DNA of 63,879 nt, filler included, from Octopus bimaculoides (Eukaryota): the NCBI RefSeq assembly GCF_001194135.2. It is 5 parts of 5 records of this genome, joined end to end, with 100 filler letters (N's around TTAATTAATTAA, not from the genome) between each part and the next. Parts side by side here need not be neighbours in the genome. Positions count along the whole stretch, not along the records: positions 48,597 to 56,801 come from NW_026412878.1; positions 56,902 to 62,730 come from NW_026314603.1; 3 more parts are not named here. One strand, written 5' to 3'. A program made the translations under genes and the position numbers. The notes beneath the pieces were generated by a model, which saw nothing but the letters and a program-made list of their open reading frames with translations, did no database searches and was not told the DNA's origin. Below, in pieces: positions 48,671 to 59,770 of the stretch (positions are counted from its first letter, which is position 1; each line of letters opens with the position of its first letter).

Positions 48671-49019
48671 CCTTGTCAGCGTTTGTTTATATCAATTCGG
48701 GAAAAAGAAAAAAAGCAAACATAAACACACTCTCTCCCTCTATCTATCTATGCATATATCCATACATATATGAACATACCTACATGCATGTATACATAGA
48801 TGCATATATGGGTACAGGACATCACAAAAAAAAAACGTTACATACACACACAGTTATATATACATCCATGTACATGCACATGTCTGAGTATGAGTGGAAT
48901 GCATGCATTTAAATGCACGTACACGCCTATATACATTTTTGTGAATGGTATCTATGCATGTATATACCTGAGTAGTGAACATGTCCACATTTTTATACAC
49001 AAATATGTATGTATTCTAG

Positions 49020-49130
49020 GCATAGGAGTGGCTGTGTGGTAAGTAGCTTGCTTACCGACCACATGGTTCCGGATTCAATCCCACTGCGTGGCACCTTGGG
49101 CAAGTGTCTTCTACTATAGCCTCGGGCCTA
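49020..49130 (+). mobile_element. SINE family A head fragment
   Basis: ggcataggagtggctgtgtggtaagtagcttgcttacc...ggattcaatcccactgcgtggcaccttgggcaagtgtc. Confidence 0.85.
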
Positions 49131-49226
49131 TAGCACACAACCACCCTGCCCCTATTCCAACCCAGAATATAATCAATGAAGTCTATATCATGAGTAGGTG
49201 ACCCCATAAGAAAGTAGCAATATTAA

Positions 49227-49441
49227 CCCTTTTGTTCCCAACCCAGCTGAAACTGGCTCTGAGTACAAATGTCTTGTTTTCATAAGTTTTGTATTAAAAT
49301 CTTCCACCAAACCTTAATCACAAATTACGTTCCTAACACTAGCTGAACGATAACTAAGTTATTTTACTAAATTCTTTGTTATATTTAAAATTAATTGAAA
49401 GAGACACAGAGCATCTTAAAATAAATACAGTAACGAATGGG
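49227..49441. mobile_element. TTAA-type (piggyBac-like) MITE
   Basis: TTAA-CCCTTTTGTT ... TAACGAATGGG-TTAT termini. Confidence 0.65.
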
Positions 49442-49445
49442 TTAT

Positions 49446-49721
49446 CCCGTTACCTCCCATAATTCTATTAACTGGAATTTTTTTTCTGAAACTTTGATTT
49501 CTAGCATAAAAGCCTTAGAAACACGCTGGAATGATCAAAATAACATTTTAAATAGAAATAAGCGAGATATTGGGTGAAAAATTAGCAAACCTCATTTGAA
49601 TATCAGAGAAATATACCTAGTAGATATAGCAAAAAGGTTAGATATGTGTAAATATTGATAGATAATTACGAAATTTGTAATTTTTAAGTGATCTCATATG
49701 AGATCACTGGTAGGTAATGGG
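49446..49721. mobile_element. Second TTAA-type MITE abutting the first; contains perfect 20-bp palindrome GTGATCTCATATGAGATCAC
   Basis: TTAT-CCCGTTACC ... GGTAATGGG-TTAA termini. Confidence 0.6.
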
Positions 49722-49890
49722 TTAATCAAATTACTAGTAATACTAAAGTGAAAGTAGAGAAAACGGAAACAATTTGCTCAACAAAAACCACAGTAGCACG
49801 TTTGCTGAACTGTATTTACCTGAAACGGAATCTCGTAATTGTCACAGTTACTGTAAACATATATGCTTTGTTAAGTAACATTTATTTAGA

Positions 49891-50467
49891 TTATGATTTG
49901 CTACAGATATAGTAGTGATACAATTTCATTCTTGTATGTATATATTTGTGTTTAGTTAAGTTTCCACACTGTGAGAATGATTTAATAGATATGTTACACT
50001 GATACAGTTTCTCTCCTGTTCGAGTACATTTCCAAGTAGTTAAAATCACCATTTTGAGAGAATGATTTACCACAGATATCACAATATGTCTTCTCTTCTA
50101 TATGATTGCATTTAACCCTTTAGTGCTTAAACCGGCCATATCTGGCCAAAATATTCTACCTGTTTTATGTTCAAACTAGTCAGATATGGTGAGTCATAGC
50201 TGCCTTATTGTGTCATTTTAAAAATAAACAATCACATAATTGAAATCTCAAAGCCATAAAATGAATCAAGATTAATTTTACATGGTGTGAATACATAAGC
50301 TTTACATTTGACAGAATAATTTGAATACTAAAGGGTTAAGGGTTATCAAATGATGAACTCAAGACAATGATTTATCACAGATATCACAATGATATGGCCT
50401 CACTTCTGTATGATTGCATGATCACAATGATATGGCTTCTCTTCTGTATGAACATGCTTATGTTTGG
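49891..50467 (-). pseudogene. Degenerate C2H2 finger units downstream of the zinc-finger stop codon
   Basis: Remnants such as [41 protein letters not shown] and HTEEKPYHCD, out of frame and split by a MITE. Confidence 0.8.
50116..50335. mobile_element. TTAA-type (piggyBac-like) MITE inside the degenerate zinc-finger array
   Basis: TTAA-CCCTTTAGT ... ACTAAAGGG-TTAA: perfect 9-bp TIR and TTAA duplication. Confidence 0.88.
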
Positions 50468-51709
50468 TTAAGGGCCAGTCTCAGACAATCCTTTAACAGA
50501 GATATCACAATGATCTCCTGTGTGAATACTCTTGTGGGTAGTTAAGTTACAACCCTGAGAGAATGATTTACCACAGATATTGCAACAATACGGTCGCTCT
50601 CCTGTATGTACGCGCTGATGCCTACTTAAGCCACCATTGTCAGAGAATGATTTGCCACAGATATCACAGTGATATGGTTTCTCTCCTGTATGAATACGTT
50701 TGTGAGCATTCAAATGATTACTTTGAAAAAACGATTTACTGCAGACATTGCAATGGTAAGGTTTCTCGCCGGTGTGAATGCGTTTGTGTTTTGTTAAGTA
50801 ACCAGTTTCAGAGAATGATTTGCCACAAATATCACAATGAAATAGTTTGTCTCCAGTGTGAATACGTCTATGTCTAATTAAAAAACTATTCTGAGAGAAC
50901 GAATCGCTACATATGTCACAATGATATGGTTTCTCTCCTGTATGAATGCGTTTATGCTTAGTCAAAACACCATTTTCAGTGAATGATTTACCACAGATAT
51001 CACAGCGATATGGTCTCTCTCCAGTGTGACAAAGTTTGTGTTTAGTTAAATGATGCTTTAACGAGAACGATTTGCCACAGATGTCACAGTGATTTAGTTT
51101 TTCCCCTGTATGGATGTATTTGTGATATGTCAAGTGATGATTCTGGGAAAATGATTCACCACAAATATCACACTGGTATGGCTTCTCTCCAGTATGAATT
51201 CGTTTGTGAGTATTGAGATTAGAATTTTGAGAGAATGATTTATCACAGATATCACAGCGATATGGCTTCTCTCCTGTGTGAATACGTTTGTGTGTAGACA
51301 GTATATCACCCCGAGAGAATAATTTACCACAGATATCACAGCGGTATGGCTTCTCTCCTGTATGGATCTGTTTGTGAGTGATCAATATATCACTCCGGGC
51401 AAATGATTCACCACAAATATCACACTGATATGGCTTCTCACCTGTATGGATCCGTTTGTGAATACTGAGATTAACATTTTGAGAGAATGATTTATCACAA
51501 ATGTCACAGCGATATGGCTTCTCTCCAGTATGAATCTGTTTGTGTGTGGTCAGTATATTACTCCGAGAGAATGATTTACCACAAATGTCACAATGATATG
51601 GCTTCTCTCCTGTATGAATACGTTTATGAGTAATTAAGTTCCCTTTATGAGAGAAAGACTTATTACAAATGTCACACACATGTGGTGATTTTTCTATCAC
51701 TTTCAGCAT
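50468..51709 (-). CDS. Tandem C2H2 zinc-finger protein, 14 fingers, no recognisable effector domain, 413 aa
   Basis: 14 CxxC-x12-HxxxH units with TGEKP linkers in one intact ORF. Confidence 0.93.
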   Translation of the reverse strand: MLKVIEKSPHVCDICNKSFSHKGNLITHKRIHTGEKPYHCDICGKSFSRSNILTTHKQIHTGEKPYRCDICDKSFSQNVNLSIHKRIHTGEKPYQCDICGESFARSDILITHKQIHTGEKPYRCDICGKLFSRGDILSTHKRIHTGEKPYRCDICDKSFSQNSNLNTHKRIHTGEKPYQCDICGESFSQNHHLTYHKYIHTGEKLNHCDICGKSFSLKHHLTKHKLCHTGERPYRCDICGKSFTENGVLTKHKRIHTGEKPYHCDICSDSFSQNSFLIRHRRIHTGDKLFHCDICGKSFSETGYLTKHKRIHTGEKPYHCNVCSKSFFQSNHLNAHKRIHTGEKPYHCDICGKSFSDNGGLSRHQRVHTGERPYCCNICGKSFSQGCNLTTHKSIHTGDHCDISVKGLSETGP

Positions 51710-52516
51710 CTCTTCATCTAAAATTAACCCTTTTTAATTAATTCTCACATTAATTAATTTTCCGCAATCTTTCTTCTCTCACCTCAGTATGCACATAGCT
51801 TCCTTGTGTTTGCTCTGATATTATATCTATTACAAATGTTTCCCTCCGTTATATATTCCATCAACAGCGATCGTCACTGATATCTGAAGAACTGCAAACT
51901 CCTTTGTAAATTTCCTTGGATTTATTTGATGTACAAATCCATCTTGCACACAATCCAGACCATAAAGTAGAGAAATGTAGCTATTCACCTCAGTTCAGAT
52001 GAAATATTCCACAATAATTCACCATAGATTCATAGAAACAATATTACATTTGGTTTGTAGAGCATGTTCCTTTAGTCTTTAAAAGACAATTCAGCATATT
52101 TTTCATTTCATTTCAAAGTTTCAGCTCAGAGCTGCGGCCATGCTGATGCACATAAAATTAACCTTTTATAAGTCCTTCACATTAATTAATTTTCCTTTAT
52201 CTTTTCTTCTTCCACCACAATAGATTTCTTGTTTTGCACTTATATTTGTTACAAATATTTTCGACTGTTACATTTTCCATCAACTGCAATCTTCATGATA
52301 TCTGAAGAAGCAGCAAATTCCTTTGTAAATTTATTCAAATCTATTTACAAATTCATGTTGCACAGAATCCAGACAGTCTGTAATTCTGCATAGAGTTATA
52401 GAAACAGTATTACATCTGTTCTGTATAACATGTTCCTTCAGTCTTTAAAAGTCAATTGAATATTGATGAAGGGCCTGGATGGAGAAATGATCATTATGCC
52501 AATGTCATCTGACATT

Positions 52517-52540
52517 CTGGAATAAAAGAGAAACAACAGG
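52517..52540 (-). promoter_or_regulatory. Probable 3' splice acceptor for the large zinc-finger exon (long 5' UTR within the same exon)
   Basis: Minus strand ttgtttctcttttattccAG|aatgtcaga; the sequence downstream resembles the duplicated ZNF leader. Confidence 0.45.
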
Positions 52541-52609
52541 GTAAGATATAGAAGATACTTAAACAGCAGAGACACAACAGTGGACATTTTATACTTTTAT
52601 ATAACAATA

Positions 52610-52800
52610 ATATAGACACAGAAATGGTCGTGTGGTTAAGAAGTTCACTTCCTGGTCACGTGGCTTCGGGTTCAGTCCCACTGCATGGCACCTTGGGTAA
52701 CTGTTGTCTACATTAGACCCAGAACAACCAGAATGAGAGTGGATGGGTTTGGTAGACAAAAACTGAAAGAAGTCTGTTGTGTATGTGTGTGTGAATATGT
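52610..52800 (+). mobile_element. SINE family A, 5' half, degenerate
   Basis: ggcttcgggttcagtcccactgcatggcaccttggg...ggtagacaaaaactgaaagaag. Confidence 0.75.
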
Positions 52801-52842
52801 GTATGTATATATATATATATATACGTGCGCATATATATATGA

Positions 52843-52935
52843 TCATCATCATCGTTTAACGTCCGCTTTCCATACTAGCATGGGTTGGACGATTTGACTG
52901 AGGACTGGTGAACCAGATGGCTACACCAGGCTCCA
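52843..52935 (-). mobile_element. SINE family C, 3'-terminal fragment
   Basis: Near-identical to 17830-17915. Confidence 0.88.
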
Positions 52936-53097
52936 ATATATATATATACATATATATGCATGCTAAAACACGACCTACGTTGGGCTCCTCATTCATATCA
53001 TTATCAAACTTGGAACTTAACTATAGTCTGTCCATAACACTTACTCAGCATTACCTGACACCTTTGGGTCTTCTTGACACCATTACCTCTCATACCC

Positions 53098-53135
<38 letters not shown>

Positions 53136-53310
53136 CCATAAAGGTTACAAACCTCACTAAGGGATAATAAAATCCAGTGAAAATACTGGTTAGTTACCTA
53201 TTCAAAAACTGTAAGGTAACTACATAAACTGTGATTTATATATTTAAAGAATATAAAATAGTGAGACAATTAATAAATAATTAGCTATTAATTAAAAAAT
53301 TAGACAACAT

Positions 53311-53393
53311 CTCTGACAGCTGTTTCGATTCCAGACCTTTAGAAATTAATTACCAAAATTAAAACTATTTAAAAGTTGAATCTCATCAGAGTT
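53311..53393 (-). ncRNA. Type I hammerhead ribozyme motif in AT-rich, probably PLE-derived sequence
   Basis: Minus strand AACU-CUGAUGA-GAUUC..46 nt..GAAUC-GAAA-CAGCUG-UC-AGAG: 5-bp helix II base, palindromic ACAGCTGT helix III, GUC triplet; helix I only 2 bp. Confidence 0.72.
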
Positions 53394-53782
53394 GGTTAAA
53401 GATATACAATTATGTGTTCAGTTCGAGTGTGTTGAGTATAAGGCCCCAAACCATTAACTGATAAAAAATCTCTTTATAAAGAACATGGTATAAACCTTAC
53501 AAAGGGGTGGAAGATAGTAAATTTATTGGAGTTATAATAAAAATAAGAATAGAGCAATATAACCTTGTTAAGAAAAGAAAATGCAAAAGCAGGTATACGA
53601 GTATAATTGCCATATGTTAGGTAAATAACACAGGAATTAAAATTAAAACAAAGACAAAATATAAATTAGAAATAAGGGTGAATCAATTAAGATAACTTAT
53701 AATTAAATATTAAATGTATATGCAATCAAAATGACAATAGGTGAAGGTTTATTCTTTTGGGTATAATATATATATCTATATA

Positions 53783-53866
53783 TCATCGTTTAACGTCCGC
53801 TTTCCATGCTAGCATGGGTTGGACGATTTGACTGAGGACTGGTGAAACCGGATGGCAACACCAGGC
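53783..53866 (-). mobile_element. SINE family C, 3'-terminal fragment
   Basis: Near-identical to 52843-52935 and 17830-17915. Confidence 0.88.
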
Positions 53867-54249
53867 TATAATAAAATATTACAGAGGTGAGAAAAAAAGA
53901 AGCCTAAATAAAATAATTTAGTAACATAAGATAGAGTATGTTATTACATAGTCAAATGATTATTTATATGTAACTAGAAGCATTAACAGAATGCAATATG
54001 GAGCAAATGTATAGAAATAATTTTAGTAATAATTTAGGTGAAAGCCATTCTTGTTAAGTATCGTAGGGGTTAAATAATTTAGAAGATGTAAGAACTTAAT
54101 GCAAGGATTAATCTTCTAGGGTGTTAAGAAAAGAAAATGCGAAAGCAGGTATATGAGTATTAATTAATTAATTCTTTTATTTGTTTCATTTTAAAAATAA
54201 AAAACAAAATGGGGTATTAAACCTCCTACAAATAATAAATATTGAGGCA

Positions 54250-55880
54250 CTAAGGACTCTTATCCTTCCTCCCCGACCAGGCTATATGCATCCTGCAGGC
54301 AATCCTGCAGCTCCATGTCGGGGCCCCAGAAGGCGAACCTATAATGGTCCTTCGGAAAGGAATCCATCACCTTGAACATTTCGACGTCTGTTAGGATCTC
54401 AGTAGTCACCTGTGGAGGCCAATCCGGGTCTGCAGTCCAGGGGGCAAGGTCTCCTCCCTCCGGCCCTCTAGCTTCCTTAAGAAGCTCTGAATTGCCCCTC
54501 CCTTATGGAAGAAGATAACAAAATCATCCCTCCTCTGTCGGTGGCATAATTCCCACCGACGAGGTTTCAGGACATGCCGGCAGTGCACCATCAGCCGCCG
54601 GCAATGACTTATTCTTTGCTTTTCTCTTCTTTTTCCTCCCCTGTGTTACGGGAGGGTGTGGTACCTCCACTTTATCCGGACGATCTTCCCTCCCTGTCGC
54701 AGCTTTAGGGTCCTTTGGTGGGCAACTATTGTTCCCCACCTTCTTTCTTTTTTTCCCCTTTTTCGAGGACGTCTCCACCTCAACAACTGCCATCTCTCCC
54801 TCCAATGAGAGAGCAGGGGGCATTACTTTTGTTAACTGCTCCAGGACCTTACATTGGTCCTGGGTACAGTTTTTTTTAATGCAGCCAGGCTCCAGGCACA
54901 GGTGGACCTGGCTATTCTTAGAAAATCTGGAAAAACCAGATCTTTGGTTGATTGGGTCCACAGGGTCAAAATAGCTTTTGACCCAACCCAATCAACAGCA
55001 GGGAGAATTTTAACGTTAAGGAGCTTGGCTCCGCTGCCATCCAGACCCTGGCGGAAAGTATCCCCTATCCACTCAGGTTCTATTCCGGGTGGCAGCCCAA
55101 AAACCCAAGCTTTTCGTAATTTCTTCCCACATTGTGTGGGAAGAAACAAAATGTTTTGCCCTTCTAAGGGTTGGCTCGCAAACTTGCGAGCCACTTCAGG
55201 GGTGTCAAATAGTAACCACACTGTTGCAAACTTGACACCCCTGGCAATAAACTTAATAGATGGCAGATATTCTGCCAACTCTTTTTCGATTTCGACTTTG
55301 GGAAAGACCGTAATGGTGTCGAGTGACTTAGAGTACATCTTCAACACCATCGTTCTTTCACTTAAGTCTTTTAACCACTCCTTGGGTGGGAGAATTTCTG
55401 CCATACTTGCAGTAAAACTCCGATAAATAGTTCACAACAAAAAGTCTAAATACAGTTCAAAAACAAAAAAGAACAGAAAGACAGAGCAGAGAAAAAGAAG
55501 GAAGGAAGACAGTTCAAGTTATCAACACAATTCCGGCCATCTGGTAATCCTGGCTTAGAGGTATTCCAATAAATGGTACTCCAGGGTCACGGCAGCAGGA
55601 ACACACAAAAAAAATCCTCCACAAACTGGTAGAATTTTCCAAAAAAACAACAGTTCTCAAAATTGAGTCACATTGGGCGACTGCAGGCGGACAAAATGTC
55701 TGGGACCCAGTGAGGATTTCATATTTCAAAAAAGAAAAGCAATATCAAACAACAAAATCCCACTAAATCCACCCAAAAACAGATGCCTACCTTACAGTCG
55801 CATCTTTAGAATTTCTTCTCTTCAAGACGGCATCGTATTGACAACATTCAGCGTGGAAGTAACGCATGTGCAGTAGCAAG
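54250..55880 (-). mobile_element. L1/Tx1-like LINE 5' UTR and ORF1 (RRM-like region, degenerate zinc knuckle, basic low-complexity tail), frameshifted; no ORF2 adjacent
   Basis: ORF 54832-55404 (VWLLFDTPEVA, WVFGLPPGIEPEWI) continues by frameshift into HLCLEPGCIKKNC and KKGKKRKK / RKKKRKAK. Confidence 0.65.
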
Positions 55881-55889
55881 CTACAATGT

Positions 55890-55922
55890 GGAGGCGCAAT
55901 GTCCCAGTGGTTAGGGCAGCGG
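55890..55922 (+). mobile_element. SINE family D head fragment
   Basis: ggaggcgcaatgtcccagtggttagggcagcgga matches the head at 43348. Confidence 0.7.
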
Positions 55923-55924
55923 AA

Positions 55925-56801
55925 AAAACACAGAGGCAAGAACAAGCACACACGCACACGCAGACACAGAGACAAGAACAAGCACACACGCACACGCAGA
56001 CACAGAGACAAGAACAAGCACACACGCACACGCAGACACAGAGGCAAGAACAAGCACGCACACACACACAGAGCTAAGAACAGGAACGGACACACAGACA
56101 CAGAGACAAGAACNNNNNNNNNNNNNNNNNNNNNNNNNNNNNNNNNNNNNNNNNNNNNNNNNNNNNNNNNNNNNNNNNNNNNNNNNNNNNNNNNNNNNNN
56201 NNNNNNNNNNNNNNNNNNNNNNNNNNNNNNNNNNNNNNNNNNNNNNNNNNNNNNNNNNNNNNNNNNNNNNNNNNNNNNNNNNNNNNNNNNNNNNNNNNNN
56301 NNNNNNNNNNNNNNNNNNNNNNNNNNNNNNNNNNNNNNNNNNNNNNNNNNNNNNNNNNNNNNNNNNNNNNNNNNNNNNNNNNNNNNNNNNNNNNNNNNNN
56401 NNNNNNNNNNNNNNNNNNNNNNNNNNNNNNNNNNNNNNNNNNNNNNNNNNNNNNNNNNNNNNNNNNNNNNNNNNNNNNNNNNNNNNNNNNNNNNNNNNNN
56501 NNNNNNNNNNNNNNNNNNNNNNNNNNNNNNNNNNNNNNNNNNNNNNNNNNNNNNNNNNNNNNNNNNNNNNNNNNNAAAGCAGCACGGACACAGATGCTAG
56601 ATTAAGCACACACGCACACGCAGACACAGAGGCAAGAACAAGCACGCACACAGACACAGAGGCAAAAAGCGGTACGGACACACAGACACAGAAGATAGAT
56701 TAAGCACACACGCACACGCAGACACAGAGGCTAGAACAAGCACGCACACAAACACTGAGGTAAGAACAGGAACGGACACACAGACACAGAGACAAGAACA
56801 A
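55925..56801. repeat. About 36-bp minisatellite (gacacagaggcaagaacaagcacacacgcacacgca) spanning a gap
   Basis: Direct inspection on both sides of the N run. Confidence 0.9.
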
Positions 56802-56901
56802 NNNNNNNNNNNNNNNNNNNNNNNNNNNNNNNNNNNNNNNNNNNNTTAATTAATTAANNNNNNNNNNNNNNNNNNNNNNNNNNNNNNNNNNNNNNNNNNN
56901 N
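56802..56901. other. Artificial scaffold-joining spacer N44-TTAATTAATTAA-N44
   Basis: Identical 100-bp spacer. Confidence 0.95.
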
Positions 56902-57189
56902 ATAGCTAGATAGCTAAAAAAAATGGAAAGATAGATAGCAGGTAAGATAGAAAATCAACAGATACAGGCATATCTAATTGCATAGATAGAGAAAAAATAT
57001 CTAGATAGATAGATATCTAAATATGTACTGATAGATTTCTAACCAGACAGAGAGAAAGATAGACAGATACATACAACATTATCTAAATAGATAGCTAAAC
57101 ATTTAGAAACAAATAGGCACATTTACATATCTAAACAGACATATATCTATCTAAGCAAATAGCTAAATAGATATCTTGATAAGCAGCTA

Positions 57190-57775
57190 GCTAATCAGCT
57201 TAGACAGATGGCTAATCGGACAGACAGACAGCTAACCAGCTTGGACAGGAGACTAATCAGTTTAGACAGATAGTTAATAGGCTTAGACAGATGGGTAATC
57301 GGCTTAGGCAGACGGCTAATCGGCTTAGGCAGACGGCTAATAGGCTTAGGCAGAAGATTAATCGGCTTAGGCAGAAGATTAATCGGCTTAGGCAGACAGC
57401 TAATTGGATGGGCAGACAGCTAATCGGATGGGCAGACAGCTAATCGGATGGGCAGACAGCTAATCGGATGGGCAGACAGCTAATCGGATGGGCAGACAGC
57501 TAATCGGATGGGCAGACAGCTAATCGGATGGGCAGACAGCTAATCGGATGGGCAAACAGCTAATCGGATGGGCAAACAGCTAATCGGATGGGCAAACAGC
57601 TAATCGGATGGGCAAACAGCTAATCGGATGGACAGACAGCTAATCAGATGGACAGACAGCTAATCAGATGGACAGACAGCTAATCAGATGGGCAGACAGC
57701 TAATCAGATAGGTAGACAGCCAATCAGATAGGTAGACAGCCAATCAGATAGGTAGACAGCTAATGAGACAGGTAG
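57190..57775. repeat. 20/21-bp minisatellite (cggatgggcagacagctaat) with block-wise variants
   Basis: Direct inspection. Confidence 0.93.
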
Positions 57776-58935
57776 CTATATATATAGATAAATACTAGGC
57801 ATATAAGAGAAACTAAGAGATGTGAGGAAGAAGAAAATATATGTGGTTGTTGAAATGGAGATTAGTGGTAGTTGTAGTTGGGATAATGTGGTGTGTGTAA
57901 TACTGGTGGTTGATGCTAAATACATATTACATCATGTTTAGCCACACATCTATTCTGTGATTGATGCTGAATAATACATAGCAATATAAGAGTGATGTTG
58001 ATGGTGTAGTGACTAGATGTTTTATAGACAGTGTGGCAGAGTGAAAGACAAAGTGAAAATGAAAGATAGGAAGCAAGAAAGATAAATGTGAGAAAGGAAC
58101 TGAGAGAAGGAAAGATAGAAAGGCAGAAAGAGAGAGAGAGCAATAGAGAAGAATGAAAGAAAGAGAGGAAAAAGGTAGAGAGTAAGGTAGGAAGTTAAAA
58201 AGCAAAGGAGAAATACAGAAAGGTAGAAAGCAAGGGAGAGAGAGAGATAGAAAAGGAAAGAAAGAAAGAAAACGAGAGGATAGAAAAAGGTCGACAGCTA
58301 TAGAGAAAGCAGAGGAGAAACCATGAGAAGAAAAGTGAACTGAGAGAGAGAGAGAGAATGAAAATAAGTAGGAAGAATATGAGAGTACTTGACAAACATA
58401 TTTGCAGCCATTCACGACAAGATTATTATTATTATTATTATTATTAGTATTAGTAGTAACAGCTGAAATGGGAAAGATAGTAGTGTCTCTTACTGTGGTA
58501 CTATACCAGTAGTGGTGATGGCACTAGTTCCTTCACAATAAATTTGGTGCCACCAACTTCAATGATCACACAATTTATTGGAATACTAACTGACCTAACT
58601 TGACTTCTAATATTGATTACTGAGAGAGAGCGAGAGAGAGAGTGTGTGTGTGCCATGGAATCTTCAGATTGACTGGAAGGGAGTAAGAGGAAGTCAGGAA
58701 ATCTCACCCAACAAAATACAATAAAACAGATTCTGTGATGTTCTTTGTGCAGTTATTAAGTGAAACTACATTTCATTTGGTACATGTATGACATAGACGT
58801 CCCGTCCATGACCATCTCTCATTGTATTTTTGTAAGTATCCAGGACTACATTATCTAATCTGTGCCAAGGTGGCGAGTGGGTAGAACTGTCACTGAATTG
58901 GACAAAATGTTTTGCGTTTCCTCCAGCCCATTATG

Positions 58936-59260
58936 CAGGGCTGGGTTAAGACCCATTGAGGCCCTAAGCACTTAGAAGATTTCAGAGCCCCCATAAAAGA
59001 TTATGTAATTCAGAATATAAACAGTAAAAACACTATAAGATAAATTTTTATTTTTCAAAACGAAACAAAAGAGTAGGAGGGAAAAGAATGTTTATTTTTG
59101 TATACTTCCACTTTATTTATATTTAAAAAAGCTTCCTTCTCCTTTTTTGAATAGCAAAGTCTTTGATCTGATCCTCAAAATTAATCTTAGGTAACACATC
59201 TGCATCTATACTTAGTAGAGATAAAGGCATCCCAAATATTATTTTAGCAAGTTGAAAATG
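58936..59260 (-). mobile_element. hAT transposon 3' remnant (dimerisation-domain end plus terminal repeat)
   Basis: LSLLSIDADVLPKINFEDQIKDFAIQKRRRKLF* resembles the hAT C-terminus; CAGGGCTGG terminal motif at 58936. Confidence 0.65.
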
Positions 59261-59514
59261 ATTTCTTTTCTGCCATAAACCATTTACCATTTCTGTGGTG
59301 CCTCTTCCTTCCTTTGATGCCCTAAGCATGTGCTTATTTTGCTTAATGGTTAATCCAGTGCTGCTTTTATGTTCAGAGCTCAAATGCCAGCAAGGTGGAC
59401 TTTGCCTTTCATCCTTCCAGGGTGGACAAAATAAGCACCAGTCAAACACTGGTAATATTGTAATTGACTTTCTCGCCCACTAAAAAATGCTGACTTCATA
59501 CCAAACTTAGGAAG

Positions 59515-59723
59515 GATTATTTATCTTTCATGTGTTTCAGTCATTAGGCTGTGGCCATGCTGGGGCACTACTACCTTGAAGAATTTCTAGCTGAATGAAT
59601 TGACCCCAGGACTAATTTTCTTTTTAAACCTGGTACTTATTCTATTGGTCTATTTTGCCAAACCACTAAGTTATGAGGACGTAAACACACCAACACCAGT
59701 TGTCAAATAGCGGGTGGTGGACA

Positions 59724-59770
<47 letters not shown>
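59515..59770 (-). mobile_element. SINE family A, 3' half
   Basis: tttcagtcatt.gctgtggccatgctgggg...gacgtaaacacaccaacaccagttgtcaa. Confidence 0.8.

Noticed and set aside
57186-57775. Regular short repeats as a CRISPR-like array
   Set aside because: No unique spacers, contiguous tandem units and a eukaryotic context
58495-58620. Possible minus-strand exon (ctctctcAG .. GTAAGA)
   Set aside because: All three frames contain stops and no partner exon was found; at most non-coding
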